Shown: positions 35,568 through 45,209 of the stretch, in pieces
How positions within the stretch are numbered: the stretch's first letter is position 1
How the letters are laid out: every line of letters begins with the position of its first letter
Source of the DNA: a virus
Virus record (IMG/VR): IMGVR_UViG_3300020433_000671
Location: 1-64,000 of that record
Reading direction: 5' to 3' (one strand)
DNA length: 64,000 nt
The notes under the pieces: model-generated
What the model was told of the DNA's origin: nothing
Databases searched by the model: none
Seen by the model: the letters and a program-made list of their open reading frames with translations, nothing else
Program-made: the position numbers and the translations under genes

Positions 35568-36508
35568 TTAAAATTACACTCCAACATTAATTGCGTTAAA
35601 CAGGCAAGAAGATTAATCTCCTGATCTACTACGAAAGCAGACTTATACTGATACTCTGCAATAATAAGCACAGCAGCAGCAACACTAGGACCGTCCATCA
35701 CAGATGACAGATTGTCATACAATTTACGCATTATAGAAACAGGATCACTATCAAGATTTTGAGTAACCCATTTTTTTACATCATTAAATTTCTTATTCTT
35801 TAATGCGTCTACTAATGTATCTATCTTGGTATCACCTAACGTTGCAAGGATTCCAGTATCGATATCACCTGTAGAACTGTATCTTTGGAGTTCGTTGAGG
35901 ACTCTTCTGAAATCTGGGAAGTATTTTTGTACGACTGTGGCAACCACTTTGTCATTGAACCGTACCTTCTCTTTGGACAAGATGTCTCTGCATCTCTCAA
36001 AGAACTCTGCCGCCAGAACTTGTTTAGTTTTTCCACGGACATTGAAATCTATTACTGTTGTTCTACTATGTAACGGTTCTATGATTTTATTCTTAAAGTT
36101 ACACGTGAATATGAACCTACAGTTTTTTTGAAACTCTTCAATCGATGCCCTGAGGAGTAATTGAACATCCGCCGTCGTATTGTCTGCTTCATCAATAATG
36201 AGAACCTTATGACGAGATGTAGATGTAAGAGAAACAGTAGCAGCAAAGGTCTTTGCCTGATTGCGTACAGTGTCCAAGAATCTACCCTCATCAGACCCAT
36301 TAATGACATAACTATCTACCCCTAATTCATTACATAGTGCTTTAGCTATAGTAGTTTTTCCGATACCCGCAGTTCCAGAGAGCAAGAGATTTGGAATCTC
36401 ACCTTGCTCTACAAAACCTTTGAAAGTATCTTTCACATTTGTAGGAAGTATGCAGTCCTCAACTTTCTGAGGTCTGTACTTCTCTACCCATAAAAAATCA
36501 TTAGGCAT
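35564..36508 (-). CDS. gp44: Clamp loader large subunit
   Basis: LWVEKYRP, GTAGIGKTT, IIDEAD. Confidence 0.96.
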   Translation of the reverse strand: MPNDFLWVEKYRPQKVEDCILPTNVKDTFKGFVEQGEIPNLLLSGTAGIGKTTIAKALCNELGVDSYVINGSDEGRFLDTVRNQAKTFAATVSLTSTSRHKVLIIDEADNTTADVQLLLRASIEEFQKNCRFIFTCNFKNKIIEPLHSRTTVIDFNVRGKTKQVLAAEFFERCRDILSKEKVRFNDKVVATVVQKYFPDFRRVLNELQRYSSTGDIDTGILATLGDTKIDTLVDALKNKKFNDVKKWVTQNLDSDPVSIMRKLYDNLSSVMDGPSVAAAVLIIAEYQYKSAFVVDQEINLLACLTQLMLECNFK

Positions 36509-37160
36509 TCGGTTCCAAAGCAATAAAGTATTTGATGCCACTACCTTGGAAGAGGGCAACATTTTGTTTACTAATGGTTACATTGTAATCACCAGCAAGT
36601 AGTTTCAAGTTTTCAACTTTGAAACAATAGCAGAAATCATCATCACTAGCACCAACATGAACTGAGTAACTATTAGAAGTATCATTCTTTTTATCAGTTA
36701 CACATAAACTCATTTCAGTGCCATCCCCATAAAGACATAGGTCTGGTAATTGATAAACCATGGCAGCACGTTGTAGTTGCTGCAAAACACCTGCCTCTAG
36801 ACGGAACTTAACATCCACAGAAGGAATACTAATCTCTTTTTCTGGAGGTTGAGTAATAATATCAGGATCAGCATAGAAGAAACGAGTCTTAGACTTGCCA
36901 CGCTTATCACTTACAGTGACGTAATTTGTGTCTGAAGTATCAATCTTTGGTTGGTCAAAAAGAGATAACCCTCCAAGGAACACTCCCAAGTCGTAGATAG
37001 AAATCTGCGAATCAAACTGTTCTTCGACATCTGCAATAGCAAGTATGTTCTTATTAATACTAAGAGTTGAAATTTGATTGCCAGGTTTAATGACAATAGA
37101 TTTGTTAATAGAACAAAAGTTCTTAAGTACTTCAATTGTTGGTTTGGTAATTACTGTCAT
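36501..37160 (-). CDS. gp45: Sliding clamp
   Basis: LKNFCSIN...IYDLGVFL...YFIALE; directly upstream of gp44. Confidence 0.93.
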   Translation of the reverse strand: MTVITKPTIEVLKNFCSINKSIVIKPGNQISTLSINKNILAIADVEEQFDSQISIYDLGVFLGGLSLFDQPKIDTSDTNYVTVSDKRGKSKTRFFYADPDIITQPPEKEISIPSVDVKFRLEAGVLQQLQRAAMVYQLPDLCLYGDGTEMSLCVTDKKNDTSNSYSVHVGASDDDFCYCFKVENLKLLAGDYNVTISKQNVALFQGSGIKYFIALEPNA

Positions 37161-37472
37161 TTACTTGTCATAATCAACGGTGAATGCGGTTGCTCCAGTT
37201 TGAGCAGCGTTTGCTTTTGCTTGTTTGTCATTAAAGTGACAAAGGAGCACAGCATAATGGATAATCTTAATAATATCCTTTCGTGCTGAACCCTTTCTGT
37301 CATACCTTGAGGCATATTTCAAAATATTAGACCTACAGAATGCCTCTGCGTCACCTACAGAATCAATCAAGTCCAGTGTCTGAACATTGTTTGAAGAGTA
37401 GTGCCCACCGTAAGTCTGACTAATGTAATCAGAGACCTCTTTCAAGATCTCATCTTCATTGTACTTCTTCAT
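37161..37472 (-). CDS. DUF3310-like protein
   Basis: YISQTYGGHY...FCRSNILKYASRY..K...DIIKIIHYA. Confidence 0.8.
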   Translation of the reverse strand: MKKYNEDEILKEVSDYISQTYGGHYSSNNVQTLDLIDSVGDAEAFCRSNILKYASRYDRKGSARKDIIKIIHYAVLLCHFNDKQAKANAAQTGATAFTVDYDK

Positions 37473-37478
37473 AATATA

Positions 37479-38546
37479 TCAATTATCCTCATTAGTATAC
37501 TCTGAATCTTCGCCTGCGTCAACCTTTGTATAAAGATCTAAGAAAGATTGTTTAGTATCATCATCAAATCGATTAACACATTTAGTGATAGAATCCAAAC
37601 GATTTCCAAAGATATCATATGCTTGAACAATGTGAACCAAACGACGAGTGGTAACAACCTCATCTACACCACCATCAAAGAAAGTCTTACGAATAATACC
37701 TGCCCACTTGACTAGGTTATCAGCAAACTCTTTTTCACAACCAGCATTAATAAGAATCTTATTTTCAATGTTAGCAGATGGATAATCTTGCTCAAAAGTT
37801 ACTGGGAATCTTTCAAGGAATGCTTCATTAAGAATATTAGTCCCAACAAAACGACCATCATCACTTCCTTTACCTTTAGTGTTTGCAGTTGCGATAACAG
37901 TAAATCCTTTAGATGGTTGTACATACTTACCAATTTTTTTAAGGAAGACACCTTTACCTTCAAGTACAGACTGAAGACACAAGATCTTGTTAGATGCTAG
38001 GTCAATCTCATCAAGAAGTAAAACTGCACCACGCTCAAGTGCCTCTATCACAGGACCATTATGCCAAACAGTATCACCATTAACAAGACGGAAACCACCG
38101 ATGAGATCATCCTCATCTGTTTCAATTGTAATATTGACACGAATTAACTCTCTCTTTGCTACTGCACATGCCTGTTCAACCGACATAGTTTTGCCATTAC
38201 CAGAGAGTCCAGTAATGAAGATAGGATAAAACTTACGAGAAGAAATTACTTTACGTACATTATTGAAGTTACCAAAAGGAACATAAGAATCTTCTTTTAA
38301 AGGAATATAATTTGCAGAAGAATTTGCAGAAGGTGCTTCATATGCTTTTTCAATTTGTTCAGCAGTCAAATTCCATTTGCCAACACCTGTTTTATAAGAC
38401 TTCAAACGTTTACAAGCAGTGGCATAAGATAGTTTCAATTGACTTGCTGCCTCACGGATGTTCTTACATCCAACCTCGTCTCCAACGTGCTCAGAAAGAT
38501 ACTGCACGAGTTGCTCAGTTGTAACAGGGTTTGGGGCAAATGTCAT
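37479..38546 (-). CDS. cobS: CobS/MoxR-like AAA+ ATPase
   Basis: GLSGNGKT, LLLDEID, ATANTKGKG, NEAFLERF. Confidence 0.9.
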   Translation of the reverse strand: MTFAPNPVTTEQLVQYLSEHVGDEVGCKNIREAASQLKLSYATACKRLKSYKTGVGKWNLTAEQIEKAYEAPSANSSANYIPLKEDSYVPFGNFNNVRKVISSRKFYPIFITGLSGNGKTMSVEQACAVAKRELIRVNITIETDEDDLIGGFRLVNGDTVWHNGPVIEALERGAVLLLDEIDLASNKILCLQSVLEGKGVFLKKIGKYVQPSKGFTVIATANTKGKGSDDGRFVGTNILNEAFLERFPVTFEQDYPSANIENKILINAGCEKEFADNLVKWAGIIRKTFFDGGVDEVVTTRRLVHIVQAYDIFGNRLDSITKCVNRFDDDTKQSFLDLYTKVDAGEDSEYTNEDN

Positions 38547-38572
38547 AGGGTTCCTTTGTTGTCTATACAGAT

Positions 38573-38631
38573 AGTATAACAGAAAACCCCTCCGAATGGA
38601 AGGGGCAAGTGGACACTTATTTAACTGTCAC
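38573..38631 (-). promoter_or_regulatory. Promoter with upstream imperfect palindrome (copy 2)
   Basis: GTGACAGT-N6-AGTGTCCA, 31 nt, then TATACT with TGn extension. Confidence 0.65.
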
Positions 38632-39138
38632 CCAATCTGGTTTTCGGGATGGGTCACGTAGATAATTAGATGCAACCCAAGGTTTGCTGGCAATATAATT
38701 TTTGTAAGCAGTAAAAGTGTCATAGCTTGTGTTATATTTAAACTCATCAGGACCTGCAAAAGCGAATGATTTGGGTAAAGTAGGTTTTTGTAACGGAATT
38801 ATATTTGCTGCTTCTTCTAGTGTTTGCTGACAACTATGTATCTTACTGTATCTATGTGTGTATTCTTGACACAATGCTAGACCATGAGTCAGTAACCACC
38901 ATGCATTAGTAAGACATTCATTTGCCCATGCAGTACAAGGATGATTTCGAAATGCACCTTTTTCTGTCTTGTATGGTTGACCATCAAGACGATGTAGTTC
39001 ACCATATCCATGACCCCATTTGTCAGAGCAAACAATAGAAAGCATCTGACAAGTTTCTAGTGGCATTTTGACAATATGTTTGTCAGGTAATACTTGAGCA
39101 GATACGTAGGGTGATGGGTCAGTAACAAAGATGTTCAT
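38617..39138 (-). CDS. Pyrimidine-dimer DNA glycosylase (DenV superfamily)-like protein
   Basis: MNIFVTD...DKHIVKMPLETCQML...NHPCTAW...EYTHRY.K.H. Confidence 0.75.
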   Translation of the reverse strand: MNIFVTDPSPYVSAQVLPDKHIVKMPLETCQMLSIVCSDKWGHGYGELHRLDGQPYKTEKGAFRNHPCTAWANECLTNAWWLLTHGLALCQEYTHRYSKIHSCQQTLEEAANIIPLQKPTLPKSFAFAGPDEFKYNTSYDTFTAYKNYIASKPWVASNYLRDPSRKPDWVTVK

Positions 39139-39596
39139 TCATTAGACCTCCATTGTTTTCTCATTCTAACATAAGTATCATTTTTTGCAACGATGTCACG
39201 AACCTTCTTAAATATAGTAGCAGACTTAGCAAAATCACAAGTAGCATGATCTGGCTCTTGGGGTCTTACATTTCCTTCTTCATCATATTTCTTACCTGTG
39301 TGATGATTGGCATATCTTCTTGAACGAGTAAAACCCATTTCCAAAAATTTACGACACATATCCATACCGATGAAATCTTTTTCATCTCGGTAGTCAAGAT
39401 ACATGCCGAAGATATGATTAGAAGACTCTACTGCAATCTCTGGTGTCTTAAATCTCCAATGAGCACATATATCGTTAGTATAAGGGCGAACCAGTAGAAC
39501 TCCTTGCTCTCCCCTTCCAATACGATAAAGTTTGCGAGTTTCTTCATCTGTAAAGTCAAGAGATTTATAATCGAGGTCATAATTAAATTCCTTCAT
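39135..39596 (-). CDS. DUF4385-like protein
   Basis: YRIGRGEQGVLLVRPY...WRFKT...DMCRKFLEMGFTRSRRYANH. Confidence 0.8.
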   Translation of the reverse strand: MKEFNYDLDYKSLDFTDEETRKLYRIGRGEQGVLLVRPYTNDICAHWRFKTPEIAVESSNHIFGMYLDYRDEKDFIGMDMCRKFLEMGFTRSRRYANHHTGKKYDEEGNVRPQEPDHATCDFAKSATIFKKVRDIVAKNDTYVRMRKQWRSNE

Positions 39597-39736
39597 TCTA
39601 GTACTGCTGTTACCCCCATTATAGTTGCATTAGGGTTTCTTGCCAAAGCAACTTCTTTGGCATCTTCATAGTCTGTAGCAATAACAATCTCTTCAAAGAT
39701 TGTACCTGCTTTGAATAGTGATACTTTACATTTCAT
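39593..39736 (-). CDS. 47-aa hypothetical protein
   Basis: MKCKVSLFKAGTIFEEIVIATDYEDAKEVALARNPNATIMGVTAVLE; ATGA-coupled on both sides. Confidence 0.7.
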   Translation of the reverse strand: MKCKVSLFKAGTIFEEIVIATDYEDAKEVALARNPNATIMGVTAVLE

Positions 39737-41889
39737 GCGATTTGCTCAATGAATGCATTGAGGATAGTTTTGTTGTTCATTTTAGAACTCATGTGTTTTT
39801 TGAACGCACGAGTTAGTTCTGCCTTGGTAGCAACTTCTGATTTTTGTTTTACCTCAAGATCTTGGGTGCCTGCACCATTGTTTTTATCTGGCATAAAGAA
39901 TGCTTCAGTAAAACCTGCTTTCTCTTTGATGGAAGCAAAACGTTCTTTTCTCCATTGCTTGTCAATAGCATCATATTCTGCCATGTCTCTGCAGAGATCA
40001 CGAACAAGTCTGCTCAATTCTTGTTTGCTGCACAAACGAATACCAACCCAATTATAGTCAGTGATCTCACGATAGTATGATACTATTTCTTTTGTAGTAT
40101 CATAAGGATGACTTGAGATCTTACGAGTGTAACCAGTTTTAGGATCACGAAGGAAGAATACATTGTTACGAGAATGGCAGAGATAAGAGCAATGAGTTTC
40201 ACCAGCACGATACCCATGATCATCAGGAAACTTGTGAACATAACTCATAGGATTTGATTCACCATCAGTCAAACAAATAACATTGACTTTACTAACACCC
40301 TCAAGTTTCTTTAGGTCGGAAACAATATTGCGAGTGCAATAGATTGCTTCTGCTAGGGGAGTACCACCAAGAGTATAAGGAGTGTAGTAGGAAAGTCTCC
40401 AACCATTCATGGCAAATGCCTGAAGATATACTAGTTGCAAAGATCTCTCTAGTGATTGCTTGTTCTGACGAGAAGAGAAGAACTCAAACAAACGGAAGTC
40501 ATCAGTTAGAGCAAGTTCGTTTTCTTTTTGATCTGCAGCAACTTTTTCCATTCCATCACCTCCATAATATGAACTGAATCCAGATTGGAAAGCATATACT
40601 CTGAAAGGAATACCAGACTTCTGACAGAACCAAACTAGATTGTAAGTTTGCTTTAGAGTATCAAGTAACTGAGACTGCATAGAACCAGACCAGTCAAGGA
40701 ACATTACCAAACCATGATTCTTACCTTCAGGGATAACAGTAACTTTCTTAAAGATATCATCATTGTATTTGTAAGTGTGTAGTTTGTTAGTGTTGATGAC
40801 ACCAGTCTTAGCAGTTGCAGCACGACGATACTCATCTGCTGATTTTTTCATCTCAAACTGTTTGCAAAGATAGTTTACAGTTTTTTGAGAATCTTTTTTG
40901 AAAGTATTGTAATGATCTACACCATACTCAATATTACTAACATCATGTTTGTCATTTTCATAAAAATGATTGTATAGATTTTCTTGAATCTCTTTGTGAG
41001 GAATAACATAATCCTCAACCTTAGGATCGGGAACAGTAAGATATACCCACTCTTTACCATTGTCATCAACCAAACTCTCAAGTGCTTCAGCAAATGCTCT
41101 GTCTGTAACACTCTCAGTCTCATCAGGGGTGCCTGTCTGTCCACCAATCTGATCCTCATACATTTTATCTTCTAACTCATCCAACATTTCATCTGTGATC
41201 TCAGGTTTGTTTGAGTTACCTTCTCCTTGATCTTGGTCAAGATCCTGATCATCACCATCACTATCGATATCAAACTGACTATCAAAATTAGAACCTGTTT
41301 GATCATCAAGATCTTGATTCAAAGGAATCTCAGGCAACTCATCTAATTCTTTCTTACTCTGTTTATCAGCACAGTACTCATAAAGTTTTTCTGCAAGATC
41401 AATAACATCTTCAAAGGTCTTAGTTGTCTCTGTACGGTTAACCCATACTCTTTCTTCATCATTGAAAGGAATATTTGGATTACCTTTGAAGTAAAGATTG
41501 ATACGATCAATCAAAGATAGATCTAGAGGATCTTCACCCTTCACACCAAAGAAATCATCATCCCACAATTCACGATAACCTTCAAAGAAAGACTTACGAA
41601 GACCAGGATATGTAACTTTCATCATACGCTCAATACGAGCATCTTCTAGAACATTGATAAAATCCTTTGGAGCAGAACCAAAATCTTTGTTTGGTGTATA
41701 GAGAGCGTGACCTACCTCGTGTCCTACTAGGAGGTCGTAGACGGTATTAGAAGCGGTTTTCCAAATGGGAAGAATCAACAAACGCTTTTCAACATCAAAG
41801 CAAGCAGTGCTGACATTACGGTGCTCAACAGTAAGATTTTCAGTTGCCAACAGTTTGGCGAGAGTTCCTTTGACTTCCTGTGTGTTCAT
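39733..41889 (-). CDS. CobT-like metallopeptidase/vWA protein
   Basis: HEVGH zincin motif, NVLEDARIE, acidic linker, MIDAS DWSGSM, GGTPL, LTDGE. Confidence 0.88.
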   Translation of the reverse strand: MNTQEVKGTLAKLLATENLTVEHRNVSTACFDVEKRLLILPIWKTASNTVYDLLVGHEVGHALYTPNKDFGSAPKDFINVLEDARIERMMKVTYPGLRKSFFEGYRELWDDDFFGVKGEDPLDLSLIDRINLYFKGNPNIPFNDEERVWVNRTETTKTFEDVIDLAEKLYEYCADKQSKKELDELPEIPLNQDLDDQTGSNFDSQFDIDSDGDDQDLDQDQGEGNSNKPEITDEMLDELEDKMYEDQIGGQTGTPDETESVTDRAFAEALESLVDDNGKEWVYLTVPDPKVEDYVIPHKEIQENLYNHFYENDKHDVSNIEYGVDHYNTFKKDSQKTVNYLCKQFEMKKSADEYRRAATAKTGVINTNKLHTYKYNDDIFKKVTVIPEGKNHGLVMFLDWSGSMQSQLLDTLKQTYNLVWFCQKSGIPFRVYAFQSGFSSYYGGDGMEKVAADQKENELALTDDFRLFEFFSSRQNKQSLERSLQLVYLQAFAMNGWRLSYYTPYTLGGTPLAEAIYCTRNIVSDLKKLEGVSKVNVICLTDGESNPMSYVHKFPDDHGYRAGETHCSYLCHSRNNVFFLRDPKTGYTRKISSHPYDTTKEIVSYYREITDYNWVGIRLCSKQELSRLVRDLCRDMAEYDAIDKQWRKERFASIKEKAGFTEAFFMPDKNNGAGTQDLEVKQKSEVATKAELTRAFKKHMSSKMNNKTILNAFIEQIA

Positions 41890-41912
41890 CCAATTCCCTT
41901 GATTACTCTTTT

Positions 41913-41969
41913 ATTATAACAGGCGAAGGTCGGAATGTGCAAGTCTTGGGACAGTTTCTTTACTGGCAC
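41913..41969 (-). promoter_or_regulatory. Promoter with upstream imperfect palindrome (copy 3)
   Basis: GTGCCAGT-N6-ACTGTCCC, 29 nt including TTGCAC, then TATAAT with TGn extension. Confidence 0.65.
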
Positions 41970-41972
41970 ATA

Positions 41973-42212
41973 TCATGATATCAATCCTTTATTAGTTAGA
42001 TAATGAAGAGTATCTTTTAATCCACCAACATGCTCTGTGCCAATGGTAATCTGAGGATAAGATGCATCACAACCAAACTCAGCTTGAAATTGAGTATTGT
42101 TAAAATCATCATCAAGATAATATGTAACTAAAGAATCAAATTGAACAGACTTCAAAAGTTGTTCAACTCTTTCGCATTCAATGTTTCTATCGCTGTAGAT
42201 GATTGCTTTCAT
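41973..42212 (-). CDS. Glutaredoxin-like protein (degenerate active site)
   Basis: IIYS..NIEC; SYPQITIGTEHVGG. Confidence 0.8.
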   Translation of the reverse strand: MKAIIYSDRNIECERVEQLLKSVQFDSLVTYYLDDDFNNTQFQAEFGCDASYPQITIGTEHVGGLKDTLHYLTNKGLIS

Positions 42213-42356
42213 TTATCCCTCTATATCGTATTCTATTCCAATGTGTTTACACAACCTTCCTCTATAATTCTGCCTACTCTGTGTCATCTTACCACCCAAA
42301 AGGATTGTAAGTTCCTCTATACGTTTAATAATTCTTTCCTTTCTTTCTTCATTCAT
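42213..42356 (-). CDS. 47-aa hypothetical protein
   Basis: MNEERKERIIKRIEELTILLGGKMTQSRQNYRGRLCKHIGIEYDIEG. Confidence 0.65.
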   Translation of the reverse strand: MNEERKERIIKRIEELTILLGGKMTQSRQNYRGRLCKHIGIEYDIEG

Positions 42357-42613
42357 TAGTCTAATGAACCTAGGTCGTTGTGTCTAACTGGTTTATGATC
42401 TTTAAATTTATCATGGTTACCATCACCAGGCATTTTACCAAAAGCAACATACTCTATTGCTTGCATGGAACCTTCAAGTCTAGTTAAATCTCTTTCTAAC
42501 TTAACATATTCATCATACAATGGTTGTAGTTCTTGCTTTCTTACCTGCAATTGCATAGAACGTTTTGTAAAACGTTGAATTAGTTGTTCAGGACTTTCAG
42601 TTTTTTTAGTCAT
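42356..42613 (-). CDS. Coiled-coil hypothetical protein
   Basis: 85-aa ORF in operon context. Confidence 0.7.
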   Translation of the reverse strand: MTKKTESPEQLIQRFTKRSMQLQVRKQELQPLYDEYVKLERDLTRLEGSMQAIEYVAFGKMPGDGNHDKFKDHKPVRHNDLGSLD

Positions 42614-42628
42614 TTTGTTAGAAAATAA

Positions 42629-42928
42629 TTAATCACGTTGTCGCCAGTCATCAGACCGTTCCTCGTGAAACCAGTCTACCACATCTTCTGGATTTTGGAA
42701 ACCCCTGATATGTTTACTTGAATCGGGGTCTCCAATATTCAAGTTATTCAAAAAAGAATCGTTTGGGTTAGTAGATAATCTTCTTGCTTGATTTAACATA
42801 CCTCTTGCACTTGTATTTGCTTTCGCTAGTTTTTGTGCCCATATCATATCATCTATTCCAACCTCAGTTCCTGATGCAATAGATTTACAAATGCCTTCTA
42901 AACGAAGACGATATTGGGTAGATAACAT
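42629..42928 (-). CDS. Conserved cyanophage hypothetical protein
   Basis: MLSTQYRLRLEGICK...DMIWAQKLAKAN...DWRQRD. Confidence 0.8.
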   Translation of the reverse strand: MLSTQYRLRLEGICKSIASGTEVGIDDMIWAQKLAKANTSARGMLNQARRLSTNPNDSFLNNLNIGDPDSSKHIRGFQNPEDVVDWFHEERSDDWRQRD

Positions 42929-42954
42929 TTGTTAATGTGTAGTATTACTAATAG

Positions 42955-43230
42955 TTATACACTTAAAATTTCCTTCATAATAAAGTCTTTAGATAAGACA
43001 GGTTTTCCAAACAAATCTAATTGTAGATTTGATGCATCACGTGTTACCTTATTTTTGTCTTTGCGAGTGTGCTCCCAATAGAATGTGTTGTCTTCTCTTT
43101 GATAAAACCAACTGGTGTCATGTGAGGATAATAAAAACACACTGTAGAGGTGTGGATAAGTCTTCTTGGGTTTCTTTTCATAGACCACACCCATAGGAGT
43201 CTTATAAAAATTAGGATGTTCGTACTTCAA
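42955..43230 (-). CDS. Hypothetical protein
   Basis: 91-aa ORF; start uncertain. Confidence 0.65.
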   Translation of the reverse strand: MKYEHPNFYKTPMGVVYEKKPKKTYPHLYSVFLLSSHDTSWFYQREDNTFYWEHTRKDKNKVTRDASNLQLDLFGKPVLSKDFIMKEILSV

Positions 43231-43236
43231 TTTTAT

Positions 43237-44958
43237 TTAGGATTCGTCAGACATTTTTGAGAAATCGTTGACTTTCTCAAACTTTAAAGTTCTTGAGAAT
43301 TTGTCTACTAGTATATCACCCTTATGAGAAATCACAAAGACATTTGTTCCATCTCCAAGACTTCTTAATATTTGAAGAAGTTCTCCAGTACCAGAAGAAT
43401 CGAGTGAACTATCAAAGACTTCATCAAGAATAAGAAGATTAGTAGCAACACTATTCTTCATCCTAGCAACTTCTCTCCATGTAAACAGTAGTGCTAAGTC
43501 AATCTTTTGTTTTTCACCCTCAGAGAATGATGCATAAGAAAACTCATCACGAAAACGACTTTTGATAACTTCATTAAATTCTTCATCCAATGTAAAGTTA
43601 ACAAAAAATTCCATGGACTGAAGGTATTTGTTAATTAATTGATTGAATATAGGAACATATTTTTTAATAATCTGACTCTTGATACCAGAGTCTTTTAATA
43701 AAGAAGATACAACGTGAAACTCATCTAACTTTTGATTGACTGCAGCACAATCTTTTTCAGTTGTTTTATACTCAGAAACATAGTCCTTTAAAGTTTTTTC
43801 TTCCTGATCAATATTAGGATTGCTTTGTTGAAGTTCAAGAATCTGTTTAGATATTTCAAGATTTTCCATTTCAAGACGAACAATCTCTCGTTCTTGTGCA
43901 GTAGCATCACTACGAACTTCATATAATTTTGCAGAAGTTTCCTCTATCTTAGTGACAACACTTACTGCCTCAGTAATATCTTCAGTAAATGCTTCAATCT
44001 CGGTAGCAAGTGTTTTTCCAGTATCAGTTAAAGTATCAACTTGATTTTTCTTAAAAGAATTACTAATGTTTTGTGTACATGTAGGACACACATCGTGACT
44101 CTTAAAAAATTTAAGATTGTTTGCAATTAATTTAAGTTCAGATTTTTTATCTGCTTGTCCTTGACGAAGTTTACGAACAAATTTTTTATGAACTTCTACA
44201 TCTCCCACCTCTTTTTCAAGAACATCAATTTGATTTTGAAGATCAATATGATTAGATTTTACATTTTCAATATTTTTACAATTTTTATTATAACGATTAC
44301 GTTTTTCTTCTTGACGATTTTTGTTAACTTGTTGTAATGAGTCAAGTAACTTTTGTTGACTTTCTACTTTTTCTTTAGTAAGACGAAGCATATGTCCACA
44401 ATCATTACTTTGACTTTGTGCTGAACGAACTCTATCCTTCAGCAAAGCATTCATGTTTGAGAAGATCTGGATGTCCAGTAGATCTTCGATAACTTCTCTC
44501 CTGACACTTCCCCCAAGTTGCATGAAGGGGACAAATGTGGATGAACCAAGTATGACGACTTGGGTAAAACTTTTGTAGTTGAGTTTGAGAACTGATTGCT
44601 CCAAGTATTTCTGCGTGTCTTTGGCAGCAGCGTCTTGGTCAACCATCTTATTGTTCTTGTAAACCTCAAAGATATTGGGTTTTGCTCCTCTAAAAACTCT
44701 GTATTCATCTTTGCCTATGGAAAAACATACTTCAACTTTTAATCCTTTTTCATTAATACTATTTACTAATTGTCCACGATTAATTTTTCTAAATGGTTTA
44801 TTAAACAGTGCGAAACAAAGAGCATCTAACATAGTAGATTTGCCTGCACCATTAGACCCCACAATTAATGTTGAGGGTGTCTCACAAAAATCAATTTCAG
44901 TCCACTGGTCTCCTGTTGATAAGAAGTTTTTCCAGCGAATAGTTTCAAATGTAATCAT
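43237..44958 (-). CDS. gp46: Recombination endonuclease subunit (Rad50/SbcC-like)
   Basis: GSNGAGKST, zinc hook CPTC, FSEGEK, LILDEVFD. Confidence 0.97.
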   Translation of the reverse strand: MITFETIRWKNFLSTGDQWTEIDFCETPSTLIVGSNGAGKSTMLDALCFALFNKPFRKINRGQLVNSINEKGLKVEVCFSIGKDEYRVFRGAKPNIFEVYKNNKMVDQDAAAKDTQKYLEQSVLKLNYKSFTQVVILGSSTFVPFMQLGGSVRREVIEDLLDIQIFSNMNALLKDRVRSAQSQSNDCGHMLRLTKEKVESQQKLLDSLQQVNKNRQEEKRNRYNKNCKNIENVKSNHIDLQNQIDVLEKEVGDVEVHKKFVRKLRQGQADKKSELKLIANNLKFFKSHDVCPTCTQNISNSFKKNQVDTLTDTGKTLATEIEAFTEDITEAVSVVTKIEETSAKLYEVRSDATAQEREIVRLEMENLEISKQILELQQSNPNIDQEEKTLKDYVSEYKTTEKDCAAVNQKLDEFHVVSSLLKDSGIKSQIIKKYVPIFNQLINKYLQSMEFFVNFTLDEEFNEVIKSRFRDEFSYASFSEGEKQKIDLALLFTWREVARMKNSVATNLLILDEVFDSSLDSSGTGELLQILRSLGDGTNVFVISHKGDILVDKFSRTLKFEKVNDFSKMSDES

Positions 44959-45209
44959 TAAGGTGGGATAATAAGATCGTCTTTTTTAACAATGAAATAA
45001 GTGTATCCATATGTGTTACAATTTATAGAAATAACAGCAGGATCACACTCAATAATTTCTAGAGTATCCTTATAATTTTCTGCTTCTAATTGTCCAGCAT
45101 ATCGTTCAGCATCATCTCTATCCTCAAATACAGTCACTGTTTTTTTACGGTCTTTGCTTTTTATAGCATAGATACCACCAGATTTTATATCTGATAAAAC
45201 AAATGCCAT
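44958..45209 (-). CDS. Hypothetical protein
   Basis: FEDRDDAERYA...DDLIIPP, between gp47 and gp46. Confidence 0.8.
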   Translation of the reverse strand: MAFVLSDIKSGGIYAIKSKDRKKTVTVFEDRDDAERYAGQLEAENYKDTLEIIECDPAVISINCNTYGYTYFIVKKDDLIIPP

